A DNA stretch of 64,000 bases, taken from the NCBI GenBank assembly GCA_038230955.1, contig JBBRMG010000002.1:1199-65198 (forward strand), given 5' to 3'. Positions 51,446-60,378 of the stretch are shown piece after piece (within the stretch, counting starts at the first letter, position 1; each line of letters starts with the position of its first letter). The translations under genes and the position numbers were made by a program. Below the pieces are notes generated by a model. The model was not told where the DNA came from and made no database searches. It worked only from the letters and a program-made list of their open reading frames with translations. This DNA comes from Candidatus Doudnabacteria bacterium. GTDB lineage: Bacteria; Patescibacteriota; Doudnabacteria; UBA920.

Positions 51446-52099
51446 ATGTATCAAGTTATTGCTCAATATCATAATTTACTACAGCAAGGTTTTCTTGTAA
51501 CACTAGAGCTGCTCGGCAGTGTAATGCTTATCGGTGTTCCCCTAGGAATTATCCTGGGGGTAGTCGGTGGCAAATACAGTCCAGAGTTTGGTGTTGTAAT
51601 TAAAGCCGTCCGCTTTTTTACCAAAGTAGTTCCTGTGTTAGTGCTATTGTTCTGGCTACACTTTCCTTTGCAGGGTTTATTGAAAATAGTAGTCAATCCA
51701 TTCTGGACCACTATATTAGCTTTGAGCTTTGTTAATACATTTGCTGTCGCTGCATTGATAACCAATGAACTAAGTTTATTACCAAAGTCCTTTCGTGATT
51801 CGGGTATCACCTTGGGAATGTCGCAACGCCAAATAATCTGGTATATAGAGTTACCATTATTAACCCGGCGGGCGTTACCGCAAATATTGCTTGTACAGGC
51901 CGCAATGCTTGAATACACTTTGTTTGCTAGCTTGATTGGAACACCTGAATTATTCCGTACCGCTCAAACAATTAATGCAATGATTTATCAGCCGGTAGAA
52001 ATATACACATTATTAGTTGGATTCTTCTTTGCTATATTAGCACCGTTACATTTGTTAATTTCTTGGATTCAAAAAAAATATGCTTCACAGTATGCTTAA
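51446..52099 (+). CDS. amino-acid ABC transporter permease
   Basis: 217 aa, polar-amino-acid permease family with a conserved EAA-like loop region. Confidence 0.8.
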   Translation: MYQVIAQYHNLLQQGFLVTLELLGSVMLIGVPLGIILGVVGGKYSPEFGVVIKAVRFFTKVVPVLVLLFWLHFPLQGLLKIVVNPFWTTILALSFVNTFAVAALITNELSLLPKSFRDSGITLGMSQRQIIWYIELPLLTRRALPQILLVQAAMLEYTLFASLIGTPELFRTAQTINAMIYQPVEIYTLLVGFFFAILAPLHLLISWIQKKYASQYA

Positions 52100-53210
52100 A
52101 ATTGAATACGCTACCAAAAACTTTAATCCTGATGGCGACTGTCGCGGTATTACCGACGTTTCATTCTCGGCTAACTATGGAGAGATAGTTTGCGTTCTCG
52201 GAGCTAGTGGTTCCGGTAAGAGCACATTACTTAGAGTGCTTGCTGGTCTGGAAAAGTTAGATAATGGAATACGGACTGTTGACCCCGGTATATTGGCTAG
52301 CTATGTCTCCCAAGAATATACTCTATGGCCTCATTTAACCGTGTTAGAAAATATGATTCTCGCACCTAAGCTTAATAAATCAGAGGTTAATGATGTGCAA
52401 AATGAAGCAGTGCAATTATTGCGGAGGTTTGATTTAGGTGATTACGCTAATGCTTACCCAGCAAATTTATCTGGAGGCCAGCGACAGCGAGTAGCTTTAC
52501 TCAGAGCAGTTATGATGAAGCCAAAAGTTTTATTGTTAGATGAAATTACATCAGCCCTAGACCCTGAATTAACGAAAGGCGTGCTCGATCTTATTAGGGC
52601 CTTAGCAAAAGATGGTTACGCTATGGTTATAGTTACTCATCATATGGCATTCGCTCAGTCGATTGCTGATCGCATTGTATTTATGAAACAAGGTAAAGTT
52701 GCCCAAGACATAGCGTCCATGCAATTTTTTACTGAACAAGCTGACCCACAGGTTCGGTCGTTTATTCTTGATATTGCAAAGCGTGATGAGTCAATAGAAA
52801 TATTTAAAGGAGCAGAACAGTTTCAGGCATATCATATGCAATTAATGAAGCGTTTACCGGAAGGCTCTACTATTCATGTTGCCGGTGCTGTCGGGGATGC
52901 TTGGTATGAACCGATGGGTCAATTCTATCAAGCATATGAAGACTTGCGTATTAAAAAACGGATCACCTGGAAAATGGTCACTTATAACCAAGGGGATACC
53001 GATCGTAAATTAGCTCAACAATTTCCAGAATTAAATCAGTTCAGAGAGATGCCTCGCTCTATTCAAAACCCATCTAATTACAATGTATTTGAAGACACAG
53101 TGATTACTCAAATATTTGGCGATGAGCCAACAATTATTCAAACGAAAAACCAAAAAATTGCTGATGGTTATATGAGGTTCTTTGAAGAGTTATGGGAAGC
53201 AGGAAAATAA
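52080..53210 (+). CDS. amino-acid ABC transporter ATP-binding protein with C-terminal TrmB-effector-like domain
   Basis: Walker A GASGSGKST, LSGGQRQRVAL, LLLDEITSALD. A ~140-aa C-terminal extension aligns with the C-terminal domains of the three TrmB regulators in the window. Confidence 0.85.
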   Translation: MLHSMLKIEYATKNFNPDGDCRGITDVSFSANYGEIVCVLGASGSGKSTLLRVLAGLEKLDNGIRTVDPGILASYVSQEYTLWPHLTVLENMILAPKLNKSEVNDVQNEAVQLLRRFDLGDYANAYPANLSGGQRQRVALLRAVMMKPKVLLLDEITSALDPELTKGVLDLIRALAKDGYAMVIVTHHMAFAQSIADRIVFMKQGKVAQDIASMQFFTEQADPQVRSFILDIAKRDESIEIFKGAEQFQAYHMQLMKRLPEGSTIHVAGAVGDAWYEPMGQFYQAYEDLRIKKRITWKMVTYNQGDTDRKLAQQFPELNQFREMPRSIQNPSNYNVFEDTVITQIFGDEPTIIQTKNQKIADGYMRFFEELWEAGK

Positions 53211-53245
53211 AAATTCGGCATCTGCCGGATTGATATATTGTCTTC

Positions 53246-53322
53246 TTGGTGCGCGTGCCTGGATTCGAACCAGGGACCGTCAAGGTATAAGCTTGATGCT
53301 CTAACCAGCTGAGCTACACGCG
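53246..53322 (-). tRNA. tRNA-Ile with anticodon UAU (CCA encoded)
   Basis: Manual cloverleaf: GCGCGTG acceptor, D-arm TAGCTCAGCTGGTTAGAGC, anticodon stem TCAAG/CTTGA with loop CTTATAC, T-arm CCTGG-TTCGAAT-CCAGG, then A-CCA. Confidence 0.8.
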
Positions 53323-53362
53323 CTTAATTTGCCTATACATTATAGCGAAACCAGCCAGCCTT

Positions 53363-53953
53363 TTAAAGGCCCGTTATATCGAGTTTTTTAAGATACTTTA
53401 CCAGTGCACTGAAGTTATTTTGGTAGTGGTACGTCCTCATTCCTAGTTTACGCGCCGGTATTAAATTGACGGCCCGGTCGTCTATGAAAAGTGTTTCTTT
53501 TGGGTTGATGTTGTATTTACGAATTGTGTATTGATAGATGTTTAGATGCGGTTTGCGCATACCTAATCGGGATGAATTAATGAAAGGTACTCCTGCAACG
53601 TTCATGCCATTGTGTTTGATAATCAGAGCCGGCCAAGTTTTTTGATGATTAGATAGAATAAGTACTTGGTAATTTTTGCGCAATTTTTGGAGAATCTTAG
53701 ATGGCGGTAAAGCTTTCGATGTGGCCCAGAGTTTTCTCAGTTCTGTAACTGTAAATTGTGGTAGTAAAGTTTTTTGCATAACCTTCAGCAGAGTTGCTGA
53801 AGAGATTTTGCCCTCGTTGCTGTTGTGCATTGCATGAACGTATAAGCGCTGTTTGCTTTGAGGGAGTTTAGCGAAATGGTATTTTTTTTCAAGAGTCAAA
53901 GTAATCTCTTCTGCTAACACACCAGAAAAATCGAATATTATAGTTTTTATCAT
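53363..53953 (-). CDS. HAD-superfamily hydrolase
   Basis: Motif I IIFDFSGVL (nucleophile Asp retained), motif IV FIDD. Confidence 0.6.
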   Translation of the reverse strand: MIKTIIFDFSGVLAEEITLTLEKKYHFAKLPQSKQRLYVHAMHNSNEGKISSATLLKVMQKTLLPQFTVTELRKLWATSKALPPSKILQKLRKNYQVLILSNHQKTWPALIIKHNGMNVAGVPFINSSRLGMRKPHLNIYQYTIRKYNINPKETLFIDDRAVNLIPARKLGMRTYHYQNNFSALVKYLKKLDITGL

Positions 53954-54051
53954 ATCCTAATTATAACTGAGCCATAGTATATTGGCCACACAATGTTAGA
54001 CCCAAAAGCCCCAGCAAAGGGGTAGCCAGGGCTCCGGGTGATGGGCCGTGC

Positions 54052-54119
54052 GGCGGATATGATTGGAATCGAACCAAATCCGAAAATTAAGCCAGACCGT
54101 CTGTTTTTCATATCCACCA
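54052..54119. ncRNA. tRNA-like minihelix (acceptor stem + T-arm only; strand ambiguous)
   Basis: GGATATG/CATATCC 7-bp acceptor-like stem encloses a GGTTCGATTCC T-loop-like hairpin and one short hairpin. No D or anticodon arms. A-CCA follows on the plus strand. On the minus strand the T-arm sits in its canonical position but is followed by G-CC-G. Confidence 0.4.
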
Positions 54120-54174
54120 CAATTAAGTGTAAATAACGGGTCCTGAAGTTACGTTAAAAAAGTTATCAATTCTA

Positions 54175-54208
54175 AATAAAAAATTCTCCAGAATGGAGAA
54201 TTTTTTAG
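54175..54208. terminator. bidirectional rho-independent terminator (3' of gyrA)
   Basis: aaaaaa-attctcca-gaa-tggagaat-tttttt. Confidence 0.65.
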
Positions 54209-54317
54209 GATATGAATGATCCGTTAGGATTCAATCGGTTCCGCCAGCAGCCAATTTCTACAAAAGATATTAGCTACTCCAGTATTATATTTCGCCATGC
54301 TATTAAGTCAATAGTTA

Positions 54318-56789
54318 TTAGACTAATGCCACGCTGGCAACAGTGTCGCCTTCCGCCATGCGCATGACGCGAACGCCTTGAGTAGCGCGGGATAAAGTAG
54401 AAATAGATTTCAGTGCAGTGCGAATAGTTTGGCCTTGTTTGGAAATAATGACCAAATCTTTTTCTTCTGTGCCATCGAGAATCATCATCGCCATAATTTT
54501 ACCGGTCTTGGCTGTAATTTTTACAGTCTTAATACCGCTGCCGGCTCGCTTCTGGACTTTGTAGTCAGATAGGGTAGTCTTTTTACCCAAACCATATTCG
54601 GTGACGACTAGTACCTCTAAGTTCTTAGTGTCGGTATCTTTGTGAATGACATCCATGGAAACAACATGGTCCCCTTTGCGCAGACGGATGCCGGTAACGC
54701 CGGCGGCTGACCGACCCATGACGCGAACATCAGTCTCTTTGAACCGAACAGCTTGGCCGTCTTCCGTAGTGAACATGACTTCGTCGCTACCGTTGCTGAA
54801 TTTAACCCACTTTAATTCATCGTCTCCTTTTAAGCCAATGGCAATCATGCCACTGCGACGAACTTTGGCGAATTCATCGCGCGATACTTTTTTCACCAAA
54901 CCGTTACGGGTGGCCATGACTACAAATTTGAGCGTGGTGTTTTTTGGTTCAGGTAATACGGCGGTGGAATATTCCCCTGCCCCTAGTTGCAAGAAGTTAA
55001 CCAAAGCTTGGCCTTTCCCAGTGCGTGCTCCTTCTGGAATTTCGTATGCTTTAGTGACAAACACGCGACCTTTGTTCGTAAAGAACATTAAGTTGTCGTG
55101 GGTATTAGCCGAGAACAGGTTGTCTATAATATCTTCTTCTTTCAGGGTCTGGCCAATAACACCCTTACCGCCACGGCTCTGTTGGCGGTAGGTGTCAGGA
55201 GTTAATCGTTTGATGTAACCGGACTTAGTAATAGAGATAATCGATTCGGTTTCTGGGATTAAATCTTCGGCATTGAACTGGCCAATGGCTGAGGGAATAA
55301 TTTGCGTGCGGCGGTCATCACCAAACTTTTGTTTGACTTCAGTAATTTCCCCTTTGATGATGTTCATAATCTTCTTGGGTGAACTCAAAATACCTTCCAG
55401 ATCAGCAATCAACGCTTTCTTTTCTTTCAGTTCGTCTTCAATTTTTTTACGCTCCAAACCAGCCAAGGTTTGTAGTCGCATATCCAAAATGGCTTGAGTC
55501 TGGATTTCAGAAAGTTTGAACTTTTTGATTAAATTTTGGAACGCTTCTTCGCGAGTGCTACTAGCTCGAATAGTTTTGATAACTTCATCAATATGATCCA
55601 ACGCTTTTTTTAAACCTTCTAAAATATGCTCGCGGTCCTTTGCCTTGCGTAGTTCAAATTCAGTGCGGCGACGGACTACAGTTTGGCGATGGAGTAAGTA
55701 GTTTTCTAAGATGCTTTTGATATTCAACACTTGGGGCTGAATGCCGTCTACCAAAGCCAAAGTGTTCATGTGGAACGTTTCTTGTAGCTGGGTGTAGGAG
55801 AATAACTGGTTGAGAATTTTATTGGCTAGTGCGTCCTTTTTCAGTTCGACAACAATACGGACGCCATCTTTGTCGCTTTCGTCACGGACATCTTTAATCC
55901 CTTCAATCTTTTTGTCGCGGACTAAATCGGCAATCCGTTCCAGCATTGTGGCTTTGTTTACTCGGTAAGGAATTTCTGTAATGAGAATGCGGTTGTTACC
56001 GTTTTTCATCTCTTCGATCTCGGTTTTGCCGCGCATAACAATGCCGCCCTTGCCGGTGGCATAAGCATTGCGGATAGCGGCAGCATCAAAAATTAACCCG
56101 CCGGTAGGAAAGTCAGGGCCCTTAACGATGTCGCACAACTGTTCCACAGTAGTGTCTGGGTTCTCTACCAAAGCCACAATGGCATCCACAATTTCGTTGA
56201 GGTTATGTGGCGGAATATCGGTGGCCATCCCCACAGCAATGCCCAATGTTCCATTGAGCAACAGGTTAGGCAGTTTCCCCGGTAGCGTTATCGGTTCTTT
56301 TTCAGTGGAGTCATAGTTGTCACGCCAGTCCACGGTTTCTTTGTCTAAATCTTCCAGCAGGACTTCAGCAATAGCCGACATCTTGGCCTCCGTGTAACGC
56401 ATAGCAGCAGCGCGATCCCCATCCATAGAACCAAAGTTTCCTTGGCCTTTAATGAGCGGATAGCGCATGGCAAAGTCTTGAGCCATGTGAACCATAGAAT
56501 CATATACAGCAGTGTCGCCGTGCGGGTGATACTTACCAAGCACTTCACCAACTACTTTAGCGGACTTTGTGGTTTTAGACGTGTGGCGCAGTCCCATGGT
56601 ATGCATGGCGTACAAAATGCGGCGATGCACCGGTTTCAATCCATCGCGGACATCTGGTAAAGCACGGGATACAATGACTGTCATGGCATAGTCTAAGTAT
56701 GACTCATGCATTTCACTTTCCAGTGTGCGTGGGCGAATGACACCAATGTTGGTGCTGCGTTCTTCTTGTCCTGATCCGTCTTTAGGCAT
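54318..56789 (-). CDS. gyrA: DNA gyrase subunit A
   Basis: SYLDYAMTVIVSRALPDVRDGLKPVHRRILYAM, active-site Tyr region, C-terminal beta-pinwheel repeats. Confidence 0.95.
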   Translation of the reverse strand: MPKDGSGQEERSTNIGVIRPRTLESEMHESYLDYAMTVIVSRALPDVRDGLKPVHRRILYAMHTMGLRHTSKTTKSAKVVGEVLGKYHPHGDTAVYDSMVHMAQDFAMRYPLIKGQGNFGSMDGDRAAAMRYTEAKMSAIAEVLLEDLDKETVDWRDNYDSTEKEPITLPGKLPNLLLNGTLGIAVGMATDIPPHNLNEIVDAIVALVENPDTTVEQLCDIVKGPDFPTGGLIFDAAAIRNAYATGKGGIVMRGKTEIEEMKNGNNRILITEIPYRVNKATMLERIADLVRDKKIEGIKDVRDESDKDGVRIVVELKKDALANKILNQLFSYTQLQETFHMNTLALVDGIQPQVLNIKSILENYLLHRQTVVRRRTEFELRKAKDREHILEGLKKALDHIDEVIKTIRASSTREEAFQNLIKKFKLSEIQTQAILDMRLQTLAGLERKKIEDELKEKKALIADLEGILSSPKKIMNIIKGEITEVKQKFGDDRRTQIIPSAIGQFNAEDLIPETESIISITKSGYIKRLTPDTYRQQSRGGKGVIGQTLKEEDIIDNLFSANTHDNLMFFTNKGRVFVTKAYEIPEGARTGKGQALVNFLQLGAGEYSTAVLPEPKNTTLKFVVMATRNGLVKKVSRDEFAKVRRSGMIAIGLKGDDELKWVKFSNGSDEVMFTTEDGQAVRFKETDVRVMGRSAAGVTGIRLRKGDHVVSMDVIHKDTDTKNLEVLVVTEYGLGKKTTLSDYKVQKRAGSGIKTVKITAKTGKIMAMMILDGTEEKDLVIISKQGQTIRTALKSISTLSRATQGVRVMRMAEGDTVASVALV

Positions 56790-56794
56790 AGCGT

Positions 56795-57007
56795 TTACTT
56801 AATAGGTTTATTATAGTTGTCGCGCAAGTCATTCACTCCGCGCCCGGCTGTATCGAATAGGGTTGTGTCTTTTTGAACGTCTTTATGAATGCCGGCAGTA
56901 GCAATCCAAATAATAATTAAAATTAGAGCTGCCACGCCGCACCAAATCCAAATCATTCTGATTTTTTTTTCTTTTGGTTGGTTGCGAATGTTGTCTATGA
57001 ATGACAT
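56795..57007 (-). CDS. small membrane protein
   Basis: 70 aa with one TM helix (IWIWCGVAALILIIIWIATAGI). Confidence 0.4.
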   Translation of the reverse strand: MSFIDNIRNQPKEKKIRMIWIWCGVAALILIIIWIATAGIHKDVQKDTTLFDTAGRGVNDLRDNYNKPIK

Positions 57008-57018
57008 GGTGCAAGTAA

Positions 57019-57657
57019 TTAACGAAGCGGCTCAATCACAATAACTTTGGTGTTCTCTACTGGTATATCTTTTTTCTTGATGATCAATTTTTCCATGGTT
57101 TCACTTTTGCCACCCATCTCTTTGATAAAAGTTTCTAACTTGTCATATGGTAATGATAGCCCGGCAATTTCATAGTGAGATGGGATAACAATTTTTGGTT
57201 CAATTTCTAACACAACTTTGGCCGCATCTTTAGCGGTCATAACGCTGTTGCCGCCCACTGGCAAAATGAGGATGTCGATGTCGCCCAAGCCTTCCAGGTC
57301 ATCCTTGTCCATCGTAAATTCGCGTATATGGGTCAGGTTGAGGATTTTAATATCTTCGCTCTCAATTAAGTAAGTGGTAACGTAGCGAGTTTTGTCCCCC
57401 TCGTCTTGTTTTAGTGGGATACCCGTCACAGTGATGCCTTTAACATCATACTCGCCTGGATCACTCATGAGGAACGGTTCACCAGAAATGCCAGAGGTAG
57501 CATTGTACAGGGGGTTTGTTTTCTCGGCCAAAAGCAAACAATCGGCCGCTCCCCGGGGCGGAGTCAGACCAGATTGCTTGTCGAATGGGTCAGTAATGGC
57601 TGTCGCGTCTTTGGTGATAATCTTGAAGCTAGATAAGCCGAAATAGTGTATTTGCAT
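57019..57657 (-). CDS. MBL-fold metal-dependent hydrolase family protein (UPF0173/COG2220-like)
   Basis: N-terminus MQIHYFGLSSFKIITKDATAITDPF matches this family. The canonical HxHxDH is not evident. Confidence 0.5.
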   Translation of the reverse strand: MQIHYFGLSSFKIITKDATAITDPFDKQSGLTPPRGAADCLLLAEKTNPLYNATSGISGEPFLMSDPGEYDVKGITVTGIPLKQDEGDKTRYVTTYLIESEDIKILNLTHIREFTMDKDDLEGLGDIDILILPVGGNSVMTAKDAAKVVLEIEPKIVIPSHYEIAGLSLPYDKLETFIKEMGGKSETMEKLIIKKKDIPVENTKVIVIEPLR

Positions 57658-57703
57658 AGGTTTTATATAGGGGTATTATAGCAATTTTGAGGGGTGATGA
57701 CAA

Positions 57704-57734
57704 TAAAAAAACGCTCAAGTGGAAGGGTGAGCGT
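57704..57734 (-). terminator. rho-independent terminator
   Basis: acgctca-agtggaaggg-tgagcgt with a T tract on the minus strand, after the 57771..58580 gene. Confidence 0.6.
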
Positions 57735-57770
57735 TCGAGCAAATTATATTTGCTCTAATAGGTTTTGCAG

Positions 57771-58580
57771 CTAGGTTGATCCGATGTTGGCGCTGCCCTG
57801 GGTCGGCCCGTCGCCGGCCGTCGCCGCTTCGGTTTTGGGCAGTCGTTCGTCCGAATAGTCGTAGGTAAACATTAGGATTGGATGTAACTTTTCTTTATCC
57901 AGAACGATTCCGAGACTGGAATTTATCGTTCTGAGGTATTGGTCTATTTCCCTCAGCAACTGTCGGATTGCCGCCGGTGACCTAGATGGATAATCTTTCT
58001 CCAGTTTATTTAGATTATCCTTTGCGTACGAGAGAATTATGTCGTGGACGATGTCCTGAAGAGTTGCACTTGCCTTCTTCGGATCGACTGATAGAGAGGG
58101 TCCAATATTTTCACTGACTTCCCTGTAGCATATGCCTGCGTTGCTGAACATGGTCGCTTCAGATATTATGGCGATACATCTGTAAGCTTCTTCAGGTTCA
58201 ATTTTCCCAGAAGTAAGTTTGGCATAAGCGACCTGGGCTATGTGCAATGTCTTGGCTCGTTCTTCGGCTATTTTTTGATTCTGGTTTGCCTTGTCTGCCG
58301 CCCAGCATTTTTCGTATTGTCCTATAACCATAAACCAGTCTCGAAGATCGCGGTGGACCTCAATCGGCGCGATATGATGTTTCGTCATAGCGTCTATCAT
58401 CTTTTTGCAATCAGCGGCATTGCTTTCCCCTAATCCTCGCCAGAGTGGCCCGTAAAGTCCTTTGCATCGTTTGAGTGCCCTCCATCGCATCACAGATTTG
58501 TTTGCGAATCTGCCCATCGATATAGATCCAATGGCCGCCAGCACTACCAATAAAATAAAGTAACTTGTTTCAATGTGCAT
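57771..58580 (-). CDS. hypothetical membrane-anchored protein
   Basis: 269 aa with an N-terminal TM helix. Its last ~80 nt are unusually GC-rich and contain a gccgtcgcc tandem repeat. Confidence 0.5.
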   Translation of the reverse strand: MHIETSYFILLVVLAAIGSISMGRFANKSVMRWRALKRCKGLYGPLWRGLGESNAADCKKMIDAMTKHHIAPIEVHRDLRDWFMVIGQYEKCWAADKANQNQKIAEERAKTLHIAQVAYAKLTSGKIEPEEAYRCIAIISEATMFSNAGICYREVSENIGPSLSVDPKKASATLQDIVHDIILSYAKDNLNKLEKDYPSRSPAAIRQLLREIDQYLRTINSSLGIVLDKEKLHPILMFTYDYSDERLPKTEAATAGDGPTQGSANIGST

Positions 58581-58680
58581 AATTTCTCCTGTCGAATTGT
58601 GGATTTTGTTTGTGTTTTTTGATTTTTGCCGGCACAGTAAAGATTGCCAGAATATAGCAGTCTAGCTGGATTCCGACCTC

Positions 58681-58709
58681 TTGTCAATGGCGTCTTCTTA
58701 TGGTATAGT
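58681..58709 (+). promoter_or_regulatory. sigma70-like promoter (TTGTCA-17-TATAGT) upstream of rpsA
   Basis: Hexamers with a 17-nt spacer. Long leader before rpsA. Confidence 0.45.
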
Positions 58710-58900
58710 ACTGCTACTTACTGGTGCCAGTGCCATAAATTGAATAATAACCCCCGGTAAGTCTAAGTAACGGCACTGTTTAATAATTAATATATGAATA
58801 GCGTTTTTACATTTGCTCAACGTGTAATACGTTGATTTTTGTTTTTTGTGAAGCAAAAACAATTTATAGCAGAGCTCACATATATTAGGAAAGGTATTTT

Positions 58901-60244
58901 ATGGCAGAAGAAACATTAATTGAAGCTCAGACAACAGAAGGCGTAAAGCCGGAAGTTCAAGCTGTGAACACTGGTGTCATTACTGGTGATGCTGGTGCAC
59001 AGACCATGACTGATCTCATTGGCAGTGGTGCCGAAATCAAGGTCCTCAAAGCGGGCGACATGATTGAAGGAACTTTAATTACCGTTGGTAAGAATGAAGT
59101 TTACATTGACCTGGTTGGATACGGTGTTGGCGTAGTTCGTGGCCGGGAATTGTATGACGACCAAGCTACTCTCGCCTCTTTAAAACCTGGTGACCAAATT
59201 TTTGCGTCAGTTGTTGAAACTGAAAATAAAGACGGCAACGTTGAATTGTCATTGCGCCAAGCCGGACAAGAACGGGTATGGCAGAAATTACGTGACCTTA
59301 TGGATAGCAAAGAAATTGTATCAACCAAAATTTTGGCAGCCAACAAAGGCGGTCTTATGGTTGAGATTAACAATGTGATTGGTTTCTTGCCGGTATCCCA
59401 GTTGTCTTTGGAGCACTACCCTCGTGTTGAAGAAGGCGACAAGAATCGCATTCTGTCCGTGTTAAACACATATGTTGGGAGTAACTTTAATGTCCAAATT
59501 ATTACCGCTGACTCCAACGAAGAAAAACTGATCGTTTCTGAAAAGGCTGTATTTGAACAAGAAATGGAAGGCAAGTTGTCTCAGTTGAAGATTGCCGATG
59601 TTGTTACCGGTCAAGTCACCGGCGTTGTCGACTTCGGTGTATTCGTAAAGTTTGGTGAACTGGAAGGTTTGGTTCACATTTCCGAACTAGCCTGGCAGCG
59701 TATTGAAAATCCGAAAGATTTGTACCATGTTGGTGATTCAGTCACTGCAAAAATTATTGCTATCGACAAGGGTCGCGTATCTCTGTCTATTAAGCAACTC
59801 CAGCCAGATCCATGGCAGGAGTCGGTGAAGAAGTATGGCATTGGACAGGTAGTCAAAGGGACTATCTCCAAAGTTATGCCATTCGGCGTATTCGTTGAAT
59901 TAGATAAAGACATTCAAGGCTTGGCTCATTTAATGGAGCTGTCTCACGAGCCGGTAAAGTCCGCAGATGAGGTTGTAAAACCGGGCGAAGAATACGAGTT
60001 CAAGATTATTTCCATTGAACCGGCTGAGCATCGTTTGGGTTTGTCTATAAAGCAATTAACTGAAGCGCCGAAAAAGGCTGAGGGTGAAGCGGTTACCGAA
60101 CCTGTGGCCACAGAGACTGCGGCTCCCGAAGGTGCTGAAGAAGCTGCTCCTGCCATTGAAGAGGTAGAGAAAGCAAAAGCAGAAGAGACCTCTGCAGAGG
60201 AAGCTCCGGCGCCTGAAGTTAAAGAAGAAGTCAAAGCCGAATAA
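58901..60244 (+). CDS. rpsA: 30S ribosomal protein S1 (four S1 domains, acidic tail)
   Basis: Repeated S1-domain pattern (GTLITVGKNEVYIDLVGYGVGVV; GQVTGVVDFGVFVKFGELEGLVHISE; GTISKVMPFGVFVEL). Confidence 0.9.
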   Translation: MAEETLIEAQTTEGVKPEVQAVNTGVITGDAGAQTMTDLIGSGAEIKVLKAGDMIEGTLITVGKNEVYIDLVGYGVGVVRGRELYDDQATLASLKPGDQIFASVVETENKDGNVELSLRQAGQERVWQKLRDLMDSKEIVSTKILAANKGGLMVEINNVIGFLPVSQLSLEHYPRVEEGDKNRILSVLNTYVGSNFNVQIITADSNEEKLIVSEKAVFEQEMEGKLSQLKIADVVTGQVTGVVDFGVFVKFGELEGLVHISELAWQRIENPKDLYHVGDSVTAKIIAIDKGRVSLSIKQLQPDPWQESVKKYGIGQVVKGTISKVMPFGVFVELDKDIQGLAHLMELSHEPVKSADEVVKPGEEYEFKIISIEPAEHRLGLSIKQLTEAPKKAEGEAVTEPVATETAAPEGAEEAAPAIEEVEKAKAEETSAEEAPAPEVKEEVKAE

Positions 60245-60261
60245 CATACGATAGAAATTTA

Positions 60262-60292
60262 AAAAGCCTCACTATTATAGTGAGGCTTTTTT
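60262..60292 (+). terminator. rho-independent terminator of rpsA
   Basis: gcctcac-tattata-gtgaggc followed by tttttt, abutting the 3' end of the convergent tRNA-Leu. Confidence 0.7.
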
Positions 60293-60378
60293 GGTGCCCG
60301 AGGTGGGACTTGAACCCACATGCCTATTCGGCACGACATTTTAAGTGTCGCGAGTATAACCAATTTCTCCACTCGGGC
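60292..60378 (-). tRNA. tRNA-Leu (anticodon UAA), type II with long variable arm, CCA encoded
   Basis: GCCCGAG acceptor, anticodon stem CGACA/TGTCG with loop CTTAAAA, variable arm TGCCGAATAGGCA, T-arm GTGGG-TTCAAGT-CCCAC, then A-CCA. Confidence 0.85.

Noticed and set aside
54003-54119. tmRNA (ssrA) interpretation of the acceptor/T-arm element
   Set aside because: The two acceptor strands are only ~47 nt apart, so there is no room for the ~300-nt mRNA-like and pseudoknot domain. No tag-peptide reading frame ending in a resume-stop pattern was seen.
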